From NCBI GenBank assembly GCA_029551285.1, contig JAKPFT010000024.1:1317-65316 (forward strand): a stretch of 64,000 nucleotides of DNA, written 5' to 3'. Shown here one piece after another: positions 18,187 through 28,316 of this stretch. The DNA is from a bacterium. Its GTDB lineage: Bacteria > Ratteibacteria > UBA8468 > B48-G9 > DSTR01. The first letter of the stretch is position 1. Each line of letters begins with the position of its first letter. Made by a program: the position numbers and the translations under genes. A model generated the notes under the pieces. The model made no database searches, was not told the DNA's origin, and worked only from the letters and a program-made list of their open reading frames with translations.

Positions 18187-19908
18187 TTATTTTAAAAGCA
18201 GGAGCCGGTAATCATGCCTTTTTATCGGTAGCGCCTTGACCTGACAGTCCCGGAACTCAAAGACCTGGCCATTTTCCGGGTCAGTGACGGCTGAAACCGG
18301 CCGGTCTAAAAGGTTTTTTTCGGAGAATTTTACCGTGACCTCGGCTTCTGCTTCGCCTTCGTTGAAAAGAACTATCAGCGCCGCAGGAGCCAGTCCAGGC
18401 TGGTGCCGCCGGTAAACGGTAGCCGCTATTTTGCTGCCTTCCACTTTCACAAAAGGGTCACTGCGCCACCACGGAACCCATTCCGTAGAAGGTTCAAAGT
18501 AGCCGAAGTCCCGCAGGATAGCCACCAGTTTTTTCCATTCTTCCCGGTCCACCCTTCCCTGGGTAACCCCTGCATCGGCCAGGAGCGCCATGCCCAGGAT
18601 ACACCTGGTCTGGATTTTTCTGGTATTTTCGTGCGTCAGGCTGGTAAGTTCCACCGGGTTGCCGGTGTAGCGTCCTAACAGTACCTTATAGCCGTTTAAG
18701 TCTCCAGTGTTGTCCAGCAGGTCCATCTTTTCGCTGCGCATGTAGACCCAGCTTTCCACGCCCCAGTTGTACTGGAGAAAACTGCTAATAGGGCCAACAT
18801 TGTTGGGAGCGTAATAACCGTGCCAGGGCCGAACACCGTTGATTTCCGCACAGGTGGCCATCCGTTTCATCATCTGCCGCATCAGGCTGATGTTGAAGAT
18901 TCCCTGAACGCGGCCGTCATCCCGGATATAGCCGGTACCCAAGATGGGATTGCCTGAAGACCAGAAGCGGTCGTGGTCCCACCAGTAGCCGTTCAGCCCG
19001 CACCTTTTCTGATGCTGGTCGTAAGCGTACACCCGGCAGTCAACCGCGGAAGGTGTCAGGTCCATGTAGGAGCGCATCTGCTGTCTTGGTTCAGTCCAGA
19101 CTCCCCAGGGAGTTTTAGCGTCCTTATAGTGCGGGTCAGGCATTGGTTTCTGGTAGGTCTTGCCCAGCCATTCGCCGGAGTAGGTGTCATATTCAGGCAT
19201 GGCCAGCCCGGAAGTGTTGGTGGCGACATACCAGACGGCTAAGGGTTCAAACTTAGGACCAGCTGCAGTCAGGGAACTCTTGACGGCTTCGGCTTTTTTC
19301 TCTTCAATCTGTTTCCGGAAAATCTCGTAGTGCTCATCCTTATAGAAACTGATGGTTGGCCCGGTGCCATAGGCCCAGAAGCAGGAGAGAGACCCAACGA
19401 CCGGCGCGTTATAGAATTCCTTCACCCAGCCCTGCCAGATGCGGTAACGGTAATCATCCGGGCAGGGTTTCTCAGGCAGCGCCTGCAGCATGAATTCAAT
19501 CGTGCGGCTGGAGCTCATCCGGTAAGTTCTGTTAGCCAGTCTGGCTCTCATCACCGGACCAGAGCGGTCTCTTTCCAGGAAAAACGAGGGTTTTCTATCG
19601 TCCAGCATCCAGCCGCGGTCAGAATCAGCGCACCAGAGGAAGGCTCTTTCGCCATCGGTCAGACAGGCAAAGGGCAGGAAGGTTCCTGAGATGTTAGGAC
19701 AGGCCGGCAGTTTAGAAGAGTCCCAGAAAGGACCCGTTGTTCCGGGAACGGTTCCCACCTTCTGGTCCCTGCCGGAACGGTAAACATTGTAAGCGTCAAG
19801 GCCCTGAAGAGAAATCACCAGGTCCATTAATTCCACGATGGCCAGCCCAGCAGGTTCTAAGTCAAGCCGGTAGAAGATGGTGCCGTCGTATTCTGTGTTG
19901 GCTTCCAC
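18187..19908 (-). CDS. C-terminal part of giant-protein paralog B (separated from its N-terminal part by one in-frame TGA)
   Basis: Homologous to the C-terminal halves of the 1212-aa and 1166-aa proteins (GLNGYWWDHDRFW vs GINGTWWDNCY / GINGYWFDNQPVW). The listed start is a GTG with only a weak AAGG upstream. Confidence 0.75.
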   Translation of the reverse strand: MEANTEYDGTIFYRLDLEPAGLAIVELMDLVISLQGLDAYNVYRSGRDQKVGTVPGTTGPFWDSSKLPACPNISGTFLPFACLTDGERAFLWCADSDRGWMLDDRKPSFFLERDRSGPVMRARLANRTYRMSSSRTIEFMLQALPEKPCPDDYRYRIWQGWVKEFYNAPVVGSLSCFWAYGTGPTISFYKDEHYEIFRKQIEEKKAEAVKSSLTAAGPKFEPLAVWYVATNTSGLAMPEYDTYSGEWLGKTYQKPMPDPHYKDAKTPWGVWTEPRQQMRSYMDLTPSAVDCRVYAYDQHQKRCGLNGYWWDHDRFWSSGNPILGTGYIRDDGRVQGIFNISLMRQMMKRMATCAEINGVRPWHGYYAPNNVGPISSFLQYNWGVESWVYMRSEKMDLLDNTGDLNGYKVLLGRYTGNPVELTSLTHENTRKIQTRCILGMALLADAGVTQGRVDREEWKKLVAILRDFGYFEPSTEWVPWWRSDPFVKVEGSKIAATVYRRHQPGLAPAALIVLFNEGEAEAEVTVKFSEKNLLDRPVSAVTDPENGQVFEFRDCQVKALPIKRHDYRLLLLK

Positions 19909-19974
19909 CCGTACCTTGAGCGGGCCTAATTTCCCCCTGGCTCTAAGCCGGCAATTGTGGCCGGAAATTTTCTC

Positions 19975-21633
19975 TCAGGAAGGCCAGTCCACCGGCTGGA
20001 TAATTTCCTCCCGGCCGTTAATCAGGGCTTTCAGGCTGACCGGGGCCGCCAGAAGTTCTGCTCCCTGAGAGACCACAGAGGTTAACAATCCGGTATCGCC
20101 AAAGGTGTATTTCCTTCCCCAGGCGAGGACCGATTTTTCAGAAACGACCAGTGGTGTGAAAGGTTTCACCACAATTTCTTCCTTGCCCGCGGAGGTGTTT
20201 TCCCAGGGATAACTCCGGATGGTGAAAGGGTCAGCCTGGCTGGCCAGGACGCGACCATCTTTTGCTAAAATCTCTACGACCGCCTGGTAGTCTCCGTCAG
20301 GCAGAAACGGAACTGCCTCCAGAATTTTTCCCTGTCCGTCGGGTAAAATGTAGCCTTCTGCGGAAAGAAGTGTCCGGACATCGCCGGTTCTTATCAGTCG
20401 CAAACGGAACCGGGGTGCCTGCCTGATCTCCGGGCTTATCCGCAGAATATCCACCTCCACGGAAGCCTCAATCTTCTGGGCTGTGTGGTAGTAGCAGGTG
20501 TGCATCACAGGCTGGCCGGCCTCTTTTCTGGAAGCAGCGATAAAATCGTACAGTTTTTCCTTGATATTGGGGGGAGTTTTCGCAAAGGGATACTCTGCCT
20601 GAAATATCTTCTTCCCGTCAGCGCTGGTTACCTGGACCGAGATGGTGTTCCCCTTCAAATTCTGATATTCCCACCTGATTTCTCCTTCCCCGGTGAGGGC
20701 TAAGTTGGGCTGGTGAAATCTTAAAGTTTTTACCGTCTCGTCAGTGAAGGCAACTTTTTCCTCACGGAAGTATATTTCTCTGTCCTTCTGGTCAAGAACT
20801 TTGACCGAGACTGTTATTTCCGGCAGGCCTCTTTTCCCTTTAAGTTTCACCGGAAGGTCCAGCAAACCGTCCATGGGTCGGCCCATGCTGGTAATCTGGA
20901 CCGCAGGGGTGCGGGAGTCAAAAATAATCTCTGGCATCAGGTCCCACTCTGTCCAGGCCACTGGCTGCCAGGCGTAGTAGTAAGAACCAGGGTCGCCGGC
21001 ACTCACCAGCTGGGCAAACCAGCGGGTGCCATCTGCCGGTGCTTTCTCCAGGGCGAAACTCTTGAAAGGAATGGCCATTTCCAGGGACCATTCCCGGTCA
21101 GTTAACTGACACTTCACCCGGGCGCTGGACTCCCACTCAAAGCCAAACCAGCCCACTGCATGCTCCATGCGGTGGTCAAATACTGCGCCGTAAGGATTGG
21201 TTATAATCTTGTAAAAGTAGTTTCGCATCGCCATCGGTCTTTCCGGAAGCGTACAGAACTGGATTTCCACGTGGTCATCATAAAGGATGGAATTCACATC
21301 CTGGGCAATGCCGCCCCGGTCTCCCTGCTTGACGCTGGCCTTGACGGTGCCTGGTGGGTAAACGGGCATTTTCTGGGCCAGATAAAGATAGTCGGTATCG
21401 TAGCCTATCCACCAGACTGGTTGAAGGTCAGAAGGTATCATCAACCGGTTGCGATAATCGCGAAAACCGGTGATGGCTGACATGCAGGCCCATTCTTCCG
21501 GGTTAATCTGGCCGTCAATCACCGGAGGTTTTTCTACCCGCGGCAGGCGCAGTACCGGAATGGAAAGATTGTCTCCGGCCAGGACAAGAACCGGCAACCA
21601 CCAGATAGCCAGCAGAAAAATCTTCCGTTTCAT
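19975..21633 (-). CDS. N-terminal part of giant-protein paralog B (signal peptide plus CBM9-like module)
   Basis: Signal peptide MKRKIFLLAIWWLPVLVLAG and PPVIDGQINPEEW..DHVEIQF module. Ends at the TGA at 19977..19975, which is in the same frame as the downstream 18187..19908 ORF. Confidence 0.8.
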   Translation of the reverse strand: MKRKIFLLAIWWLPVLVLAGDNLSIPVLRLPRVEKPPVIDGQINPEEWACMSAITGFRDYRNRLMIPSDLQPVWWIGYDTDYLYLAQKMPVYPPGTVKASVKQGDRGGIAQDVNSILYDDHVEIQFCTLPERPMAMRNYFYKIITNPYGAVFDHRMEHAVGWFGFEWESSARVKCQLTDREWSLEMAIPFKSFALEKAPADGTRWFAQLVSAGDPGSYYYAWQPVAWTEWDLMPEIIFDSRTPAVQITSMGRPMDGLLDLPVKLKGKRGLPEITVSVKVLDQKDREIYFREEKVAFTDETVKTLRFHQPNLALTGEGEIRWEYQNLKGNTISVQVTSADGKKIFQAEYPFAKTPPNIKEKLYDFIAASRKEAGQPVMHTCYYHTAQKIEASVEVDILRISPEIRQAPRFRLRLIRTGDVRTLLSAEGYILPDGQGKILEAVPFLPDGDYQAVVEILAKDGRVLASQADPFTIRSYPWENTSAGKEEIVVKPFTPLVVSEKSVLAWGRKYTFGDTGLLTSVVSQGAELLAAPVSLKALINGREEIIQPVDWPS

Positions 21634-21649
21634 TTTTCCCCTCGGCTGG

Positions 21650-24600
21650 TTAAGGTTGACTCTGGAATAAAATCAGGCGAAACTCGCGGCCAGGCACAGT
21701 CAGTTTAACCTGCGGTTTTTCTTTTTCGCCGAAGGGAGCCAGAGCCTGCCCGATTTCCGCATCCTGGAACTGTCCGGCTTTTCCCGCCAGAGAAGACACA
21801 GACAGGGTAAGTTCACCTTCCATGACTTCTTTTTCCGGGTTCACCACCACGGCCAGAATAGCGCCGGTTTTCTCGTTCCGGTAAAGGCTTACCAGACCGT
21901 TTTTCCGGGAGAAGGAAACATACTGGCTGTTGCGCCAGTAAGGCAAAAACTTCACTTTTTCGGTAAAGAAACCAAACCTTCTCAGGGCGGTGACCACTTT
22001 TTCAAATTCCTTTTTATTCACCCGGGATCCGTCCACCCCAAAATCATGGAGCAGGTTCAGACCAAGCACACTTCTGGAGCCATGCACGGCTGCCGGTGAC
22101 TGGTCCAGGTTGGTGCAGGTGTGGCCGGGGATTCTTCTCATCCGGGTGATGGCCCGGAACCGGCCCACCGGGTCAAGCGGGGTTGCCTCCACCTCAACAA
22201 CCCTGGAGATAATGTCGTAATGACGCCGTTGCTCTAAGGTTTCAAAGAGGTCTCCACCATAACGGTAAATGTAGGCATCCATTTCAATGTTCCAGACCCA
22301 GCCAGCCGTGGAAAAGACAGGAGCCAGGCTGACCAGGTTGCAAGATTCCAGCCCCGCTTCCCGGGTGAGATTAAACAGGCGCCAGAAAAGTTCATCCCGG
22401 GCAAACAGGCAGTAGTTTGGTCTGAGCTGGCCCTCAGAAGTGAGATAGGCTCTCCCGGTGGAAACATTCTTGCCTGGCCAGACAGGCTGATTGTCAAACC
22501 AGTACCCGTTAATCCCCAACTTCTGGCAGTTCTGCTTATAATGCCAGATGCGGCAGTCAACATTACTCTGAACCAGGTCAGCGCCGGTAGGACCAAGTTT
22601 CTTCGGCTGGCTGCGCCAGTCCTGCTGAAGAATTTCCGGACCGTGCCAGGGCACCCGGGCATGGACATCAGAGTCTTTGTATTCTGGGAAAGGTTCCACC
22701 GGTGTTTCTCCGCACCACTCTCCGGAAAAAGTGTCAAACTCTTCCATGGCCTGGCCCAGCATTGCTCCGGAGTTGTAGAGGATAGTCAGCAGATTTTCGG
22801 GGACACCCTGGGGGAAGGTTTTTCTTTTCCACTTTTCTATTGCGGCCCCCAATCTTTCATAATCCTCTTCTGATCCCGGGGTGATGGAATCCACTCCGTT
22901 GCCCCAGTAACCGTAGCCAGCGGTATCCTGAATTTTCCACGGAATCTCTCCCCATTCCCGGCTGCGCCGGTCCGGTGGCTCGGGTTTTACCGGAACGGCT
23001 AAGAGGGCAAAGGTAACCTGAAGGGGCTGTTTAATCAATCTGGGCGCATTGACGAACCGGATTCTCAGGTTAACTCCGTCCTGGTCCCGGGTAATCGCCT
23101 GGGAAGGCAGGGAATAATCCAGCAGCCAGGTCTGGTCGCTATCAGCGTACCACCACAGACTGACATCTCCGTTGCCCACCGCGATGGCCGGCGTAAACAG
23201 ATTTTCTTTTTTCTCCGTGAGGTTGCTCCACGGCTCCGGGGTAGCCGGGAGGGCACCGTAAAACCAGTTGCTCCGATAACCGTAGTAGGTATCAGGATAG
23301 CGGCCCAGGGGGATCACCAGTTCCATCTTTTCTACCGGCGCCGGCCTGGACGGGGCAATGGTCAATTTTACCTGATACCAGCCGTCGCACCGGAGAAAAC
23401 TTTCCGTGGAAAAGTGAAGGTCACCGGATTTTGCCTCTGCGCGGCAGTCAACCCGGGCCGGTGCGATGCGGGTAATCGTGGTCCGGGCCAGGGACAGATT
23501 AACAGGAACGGAATTGACTTCCAGTCTGACCGGACCACAGATGGTTGTTCCCGGCAGTTCTGTTTCTTCGGTCGTCACGATGCTGGCAGGCAGTCCCAGA
23601 TCCCCCAGATAATACTGCCTGCCCCAGGGAGAAAGCATCATTTTCGCCCGGTCAACTCTGATGGGCCGAAAAGGGGCATAGGCCTGGTCAGTGAAGCCAA
23701 TTCTGTTGTGTTCCCAGGGGAAAAGTTTTCTGACAAACTCCAGGGTGACTGGCTTGCCCACTATTTGCCCCTCAGCGGAAAAAAGCTCCCCTGTCACCCG
23801 GTATTGACCCTGTTCCAGTTTAAGATTATCCCAGTGGATGTTACCTTTTCCTTCTTTAAGGGGGATAGTCTCCTGCCGGAGAAACTGGCCAGTTTCCAGC
23901 CGGGTTAGTCTGAGTTGACAGCGAGCGGCTTTCTTTACTTCTTCCGGAAGGAAGGAATAACTGGTGTTTACCCAGAGGTCCATTGACTGAAAGTAGGGAT
24001 AATGGGCGCAACCTAATTCCCAGAGCTGCTTTAATTCTGACTCGTAGGGCCAGGTACCGTAAGGCCAGTGGGCCAGCCGGCGGTACTCCTTTGGCGTCAC
24101 CGGGAAAAACTGCAGCATCGCATTGTAGAGATGGTCAGAACCGCTGCTTGCTTCCACGCAGAAACGACCGCTCCAACCTTTCCGAAGTTCAATGACTCTC
24201 AGGTCAGGCCTGACCCAGACCGTCTCCGCGGGCTTCAACGCTAGCTCTTTTTTTTCTTCAAAAAGGGATTGGTCGCCGCTTTCCACAGAATAGCGCAGAG
24301 ACACGGTTCTGGTTTCTGACCACGGGTTGCTCAGCCGGAAGACAGGCTGGCTTTTCATCCCGCGCAGGTCTCCGGTTTCCAGCAACTGAAAGGCAGGAAC
24401 CTTTCCGGAAAAGATAAGAGCGCCGGCATCGCCTGGCGAGTAGTGGACCGAGCCGTTCCATTCGCCGTAGGCGGCTGAACCCAGCCCGGGATAGGTCCGC
24501 TCCCGGATAAACAGTCCGCGCCAGACACTGCCCTCTTCCGGCGCTGAAGTCAGGCCAAAGGAAGAAAAAGGGATGGCCATTTCCACATCCCAGGTGGTTT

Positions 24601-25150
24601 CCCCGCGGCCGGCTTTCACCCGGGCCTGGCTTTCCCATTCCAGGCCAGCCTGGTGGTAAGGTTTACCCCGGTCTTCTGGACGGAGACACTGGTCGCTGTA
24701 AGTGCCCAGGGCGTTGACATGAAACTGGTAGGTGGCTTCCCTCAGAATAAAGATGACTGTCCAGTGGTCTTCGCCTTCAATCCTGTCTGCCGCGTCGTGC
24801 TGGGTGGTCCTGGCATTCACGCCGTCAGGGGGAAGGAGTGAACGCAGTCCCACATAAAGCCACTTCTGGTCGTAACTGAGGAAGACCCAGCCCTGCATTG
24901 GCGCCGGAAGGATATAGGCCCACCTGGAATAAAGGCCGGTGAAAGCCAAACTTTCCTTCCATTCTTCTAGGTTAAACTTTCCGTCAATCTCAGGGCCGTT
25001 TTTTACCAGGGGTAAGCCAGCCTGGGGAAAATCGCTCTGGTACCACGCCTTCTTAATCTTCGGGGCTGCAGGCAGGGAAAAAACAGGAAATAACAAGGCA
25101 AAAGAAAGCAAACAAACCACCCGCTTCTGATCCGTGCCTGGCGGATGCAT
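21650..25150 (-). CDS. Giant secreted protein, paralog C (CBM9-like N-terminus plus glycosidase-like C-terminus)
   Basis: 1166 aa with a hydrophobic signal-like N-terminus VVCLLSFALLFPVFSLPAAP. Collinear similarity to paralogs A and B along the whole length. Confidence 0.85.
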   Translation of the reverse strand: MHPPGTDQKRVVCLLSFALLFPVFSLPAAPKIKKAWYQSDFPQAGLPLVKNGPEIDGKFNLEEWKESLAFTGLYSRWAYILPAPMQGWVFLSYDQKWLYVGLRSLLPPDGVNARTTQHDAADRIEGEDHWTVIFILREATYQFHVNALGTYSDQCLRPEDRGKPYHQAGLEWESQARVKAGRGETTWDVEMAIPFSSFGLTSAPEEGSVWRGLFIRERTYPGLGSAAYGEWNGSVHYSPGDAGALIFSGKVPAFQLLETGDLRGMKSQPVFRLSNPWSETRTVSLRYSVESGDQSLFEEKKELALKPAETVWVRPDLRVIELRKGWSGRFCVEASSGSDHLYNAMLQFFPVTPKEYRRLAHWPYGTWPYESELKQLWELGCAHYPYFQSMDLWVNTSYSFLPEEVKKAARCQLRLTRLETGQFLRQETIPLKEGKGNIHWDNLKLEQGQYRVTGELFSAEGQIVGKPVTLEFVRKLFPWEHNRIGFTDQAYAPFRPIRVDRAKMMLSPWGRQYYLGDLGLPASIVTTEETELPGTTICGPVRLEVNSVPVNLSLARTTITRIAPARVDCRAEAKSGDLHFSTESFLRCDGWYQVKLTIAPSRPAPVEKMELVIPLGRYPDTYYGYRSNWFYGALPATPEPWSNLTEKKENLFTPAIAVGNGDVSLWWYADSDQTWLLDYSLPSQAITRDQDGVNLRIRFVNAPRLIKQPLQVTFALLAVPVKPEPPDRRSREWGEIPWKIQDTAGYGYWGNGVDSITPGSEEDYERLGAAIEKWKRKTFPQGVPENLLTILYNSGAMLGQAMEEFDTFSGEWCGETPVEPFPEYKDSDVHARVPWHGPEILQQDWRSQPKKLGPTGADLVQSNVDCRIWHYKQNCQKLGINGYWFDNQPVWPGKNVSTGRAYLTSEGQLRPNYCLFARDELFWRLFNLTREAGLESCNLVSLAPVFSTAGWVWNIEMDAYIYRYGGDLFETLEQRRHYDIISRVVEVEATPLDPVGRFRAITRMRRIPGHTCTNLDQSPAAVHGSRSVLGLNLLHDFGVDGSRVNKKEFEKVVTALRRFGFFTEKVKFLPYWRNSQYVSFSRKNGLVSLYRNEKTGAILAVVVNPEKEVMEGELTLSVSSLAGKAGQFQDAEIGQALAPFGEKEKPQVKLTVPGREFRLILFQSQP

Positions 25151-25164
25151 TTGCTGGTCTCAGT

Positions 25165-25938
25165 TCACGGTACTGGCGCGGTGTAGGGCCAGCAACCAGG
25201 ATAAGTGGGATAAGAACTTCCCCCGCCAATGTACCAGCGGTTGGGTTCATCAACCTTCCACTGGTGAAGGAAGAGGTACTCTACATGGCCGTCAGCAAAA
25301 AGGAGATTGCAGGCACGGGCGTGGGGAAAACTTAAAGGTTGACTAAAAGCAGAACCGGTGAAATAGGTATCCCAGGGTTTGACATCGGCTAACATGGCCC
25401 GTTTGTCTGGTTTGAAGACCTTCCCTAACTTTACCGGTACCTGGGCAAAATTCTGCCGGCTTCCACCAACACCCCTTTCCGTGTATTGCCAGACAGAGTT
25501 AATGCCGTAAGTGGAACGGCCCCAGCGCATGACGCTTCCCCAGAGATGCGGCCAGTCACGATAAGTGTTCTGGCAACTGGCCGTCCAGTTGACCTTGTTT
25601 TCGGCCGCCGGACAGAAAACCACGCCGTGGAGCCGATTGTAACAGACCGGGCCTGTATTTCGGTCAGTATCCGCCATGTTCAGGTAACGGTCGTTGTCAG
25701 TTAAGCACTTGACCCAGCCCTGGGAGGGACCATAGGCGTCGTTATAGGGCAACCAGTCGTTATAATCCTGGGAGTACATGTGGAAAGCCAGGCCGATTTG
25801 CTTCAGGTTATTCAGGCAGGTAGTCTGTCTGGCTTTTTCCTTCGCCCCGGAAAGAGCCGGCAGCAGCATCGCTGCTAAAATCGCAATGACCGCAATTACC
25901 ACCAGCAACTCAATCAGCGTAAATCCCTTACCTCTCAT
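25165..25938 (-). CDS. Prepilin-type N-terminal cleavage/methylation domain protein (DUF1559 / H-X9-DG pseudopilin-like)
   Basis: MRGKG|[24 protein letters not shown] class-III signal with Glu at +5. C-terminal [12 protein letters not shown] (H-X9-DG). RBS GAAAGGAGGTGG. Confidence 0.9.
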   Translation of the reverse strand: MRGKGFTLIELLVVIAVIAILAAMLLPALSGAKEKARQTTCLNNLKQIGLAFHMYSQDYNDWLPYNDAYGPSQGWVKCLTDNDRYLNMADTDRNTGPVCYNRLHGVVFCPAAENKVNWTASCQNTYRDWPHLWGSVMRWGRSTYGINSVWQYTERGVGGSRQNFAQVPVKLGKVFKPDKRAMLADVKPWDTYFTGSAFSQPLSFPHARACNLLFADGHVEYLFLHQWKVDEPNRWYIGGGSSYPTYPGCWPYTAPVP

Positions 25939-25984
25939 CAGCCACCTCCTTTCAGGTTGGAACTTATGCCTTTCATCTTACCCT

Positions 25985-26013
25985 ATATTAACAGATTTAT
26001 TTTTCGCTGTCAA
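25985..26013 (-). promoter_or_regulatory. Sigma70-type promoter for the minus-strand pseudopilin/giant-protein block
   Basis: Minus strand TTGACA (26013..26008), 17-nt spacer, TAATAT (25990..25985), about 45 nt upstream of the ATG at 25938. Confidence 0.6.
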
Positions 26014-26081
26014 GTGTGGTCGGTTTTTCAATTCTGTTTTCTCTGCTATACTAACTGTCACATCCATAATTGGGAGGGACG

Positions 26082-28316
26082 ATGTGGAGGAAAAATTGGT
26101 TGGTCTTGCTCGGGTTTTTGCTGCTCTCCGGTCGGGCCGATAGTGCAGAAAAGAGCCACTACTGGGAATTGGGCTGGGGTCTGTACGGCGGGGAAGGGCT
26201 GGACGCGGCCAGGTTTGACTGGCACATGGTTTGCTTCGGGAATATCCCGGCTGACCAGCGCACCGTGGATAGTCTGAACGAAATTCTGAAACTGAATCCA
26301 GAGCACAAACTTCTTATCCGGGTCTGGCCGATTGGAGGGCTGGGTGACTGTCCCGAGAACAGGTATCAGGCCACGCTTTTTCACTATCTTTATCAGCCGG
26401 GAGTCCGGGAGAAACTGCTGGCGGAAGCCAGACGCCAGGTGGAACTGGTTTGCCGGGGGGTAAGTCATCCGGAAAATGTTTACGGCTGCTGCTTCCTGGA
26501 GGAAATGCCAGGGCACTTCACTGGCGGCGGTTTTTCCCCTAACTGGAAGAAGGGCGACCCTCTGCCGTGGGATATGAAAAGATTTCAGAAGGAGATTGAA
26601 GCCGAACTGGGAGAACCGTTGGACTGGAGCAGTGAGAAACACCGGCTCTGGTGGGGGAAAAAGTACTGCGAGGTACTGAAGGAGATCAACCGCACCATCA
26701 AGGAGGCCAGCGGTGGCAAACCTGTTTTTTACTACCAGGCTACTGGCTACTATACCCTGGACCATCTTGATCTGCCCTTCGCTAAGGGAAAATCTCTTCA
26801 GGTGGTGCCGATTCGCTACCGGGACATTCTTCTGCCAGGGGTTTGTGATGGTATTTTTGGCTATCCCAATAACCAGGCCATCTGGGAGAATCAGACCCAG
26901 TCCATGGTGAATAAGTACCGGTGCCTGATGTTCAGCCAGTTGTCCATGCCGCCAGGGATGAGGCTGTGCCGGTTTGACGAAATGGTAATGTTATCCAGGT
27001 GGAAAAGCCCAGGCAATGTCGGAACTTTTCTCTACGGAACCCACGGACGAAAGCAGAAAGCCTGGAACGAACTGGAATATCAGGATGCTGATAGTTACTG
27101 GACGCTGACTGACCATATTCGGCACTTTGCCTGGACCCGCGGCATCGGGCTGGATGTGGTCAACCGGAACTTGAAACCGCGGCTGGGACTGGTCTATGAC
27201 CTGAGAAATCTGAAGAAGGGAGAGTTCGCCCATTTTCAGGTCCAGATTACCAATGTCAGGGAACCGTCCTGGTACGGCGGGAATGCCGAAGAGGCTACCC
27301 TGCGCAATGTCCGGGTAACCCTTTCCCTGCCGAAGGGTTTTGCTATCCCGGTCACTAACAACGCTTCTCCAACCCTGAATCTGGGAGACATCCCGGGGCA
27401 GTCAGTTAAGTTAGCCGACTGGTGGGTTCAGGCTGAGACTGACCGCCCGGTTATTTCCGCGCAGAAACCGGTAAGGATCACTGTGCAGGCCGGGGAAAGT
27501 CTTAAAGAAGAGACCGTGGCTACCGAACCGGCTGCCAGTCTTCCTTCTTTTGAGACCAGAGAAATCCGGCGTTCTGGCGAGAAGTGGGTTGAGCCTCTTT
27601 ATCACTGTGATAAGGTCCCATCCGTGGTGGAACTTCGGCCGTTGCAGGAGATTGTTAATCCGCAGTTAAAGTTGGGCCAGCGCGTGGCGACCTATCAGGG
27701 GGTGCTGGAGCCAGATGTGCGGCTGGTGATAGGACCAGGCGCCAGAGCCAGGCTTTACCCGGTGTCGCTTTTTGAAGAAAAGGCGGGAATTTTTCCGGTG
27801 ACGGCTGATGGTCCCGGCGTGTTCCAGAGCGGCTACATGGTCCACGGCACGCCGCCTGTGGTGGTCCGGCCAGGCAGAAAGTACCTTCTAACCCTGACCG
27901 GGTGGGCGAAGGAAGGTGGAAATTCCCTGGTCCTGGCCAGGTTTACCGGTCGGGTGAAAGGGAAAAAGCAACCGGAAATCAAAGATATTTCCTGCCTGGC
28001 CAACAGGTTCAGCGACACAGAAAAAACAATTTCTCAGGAGATTGAAGTACCGGAGTTTGAACAGGGCGATGTGACCCTGCGTCTGATGTTCTACCGCTTT
28101 CAGTCAAGGGGTGTGGTCTGTTACCGCAGTTTTGACCTGAAACGGGCTGACATTCCTGCTGAAGGGCAGGATGTCAGTTCCAGGCTTCAGGGTACGCTAC
28201 CTGATTTGACCTACCCCTTTACTGAGTGGACTTACCGGGATGTCTCTGACCCGGATAGGTACGGCAGACCAATTCTTAAATTGCGTTTTCTACCACAAGA
28301 CCAGGTAAGCGACTAA
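26082..28316 (+). CDS. Secreted hypothetical protein (possible glycosidase-like)
   Basis: ATG at 26082 preceded by GGGAGGG. Signal-like MWRKNWLVLLGFLLLSGRADSAE. Uninterrupted ~744-aa ORF. No family recognised. Confidence 0.75.
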   Translation: MWRKNWLVLLGFLLLSGRADSAEKSHYWELGWGLYGGEGLDAARFDWHMVCFGNIPADQRTVDSLNEILKLNPEHKLLIRVWPIGGLGDCPENRYQATLFHYLYQPGVREKLLAEARRQVELVCRGVSHPENVYGCCFLEEMPGHFTGGGFSPNWKKGDPLPWDMKRFQKEIEAELGEPLDWSSEKHRLWWGKKYCEVLKEINRTIKEASGGKPVFYYQATGYYTLDHLDLPFAKGKSLQVVPIRYRDILLPGVCDGIFGYPNNQAIWENQTQSMVNKYRCLMFSQLSMPPGMRLCRFDEMVMLSRWKSPGNVGTFLYGTHGRKQKAWNELEYQDADSYWTLTDHIRHFAWTRGIGLDVVNRNLKPRLGLVYDLRNLKKGEFAHFQVQITNVREPSWYGGNAEEATLRNVRVTLSLPKGFAIPVTNNASPTLNLGDIPGQSVKLADWWVQAETDRPVISAQKPVRITVQAGESLKEETVATEPAASLPSFETREIRRSGEKWVEPLYHCDKVPSVVELRPLQEIVNPQLKLGQRVATYQGVLEPDVRLVIGPGARARLYPVSLFEEKAGIFPVTADGPGVFQSGYMVHGTPPVVVRPGRKYLLTLTGWAKEGGNSLVLARFTGRVKGKKQPEIKDISCLANRFSDTEKTISQEIEVPEFEQGDVTLRLMFYRFQSRGVVCYRSFDLKRADIPAEGQDVSSRLQGTLPDLTYPFTEWTYRDVSDPDRYGRPILKLRFLPQDQVSD

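Noticed and set aside
19975-19977. Selenocysteine decoding of the in-frame TGA, with a small hairpin 10 nt downstream.
   Set aside because: The aligned residue in both paralogs is not Cys and is not in a redox motif. The 5-bp hairpin is far weaker than bacterial SECIS elements. No selA/selB/selC is in the window. TGA is used as an ordinary stop elsewhere (for example at 3559-61 and 38380-82).
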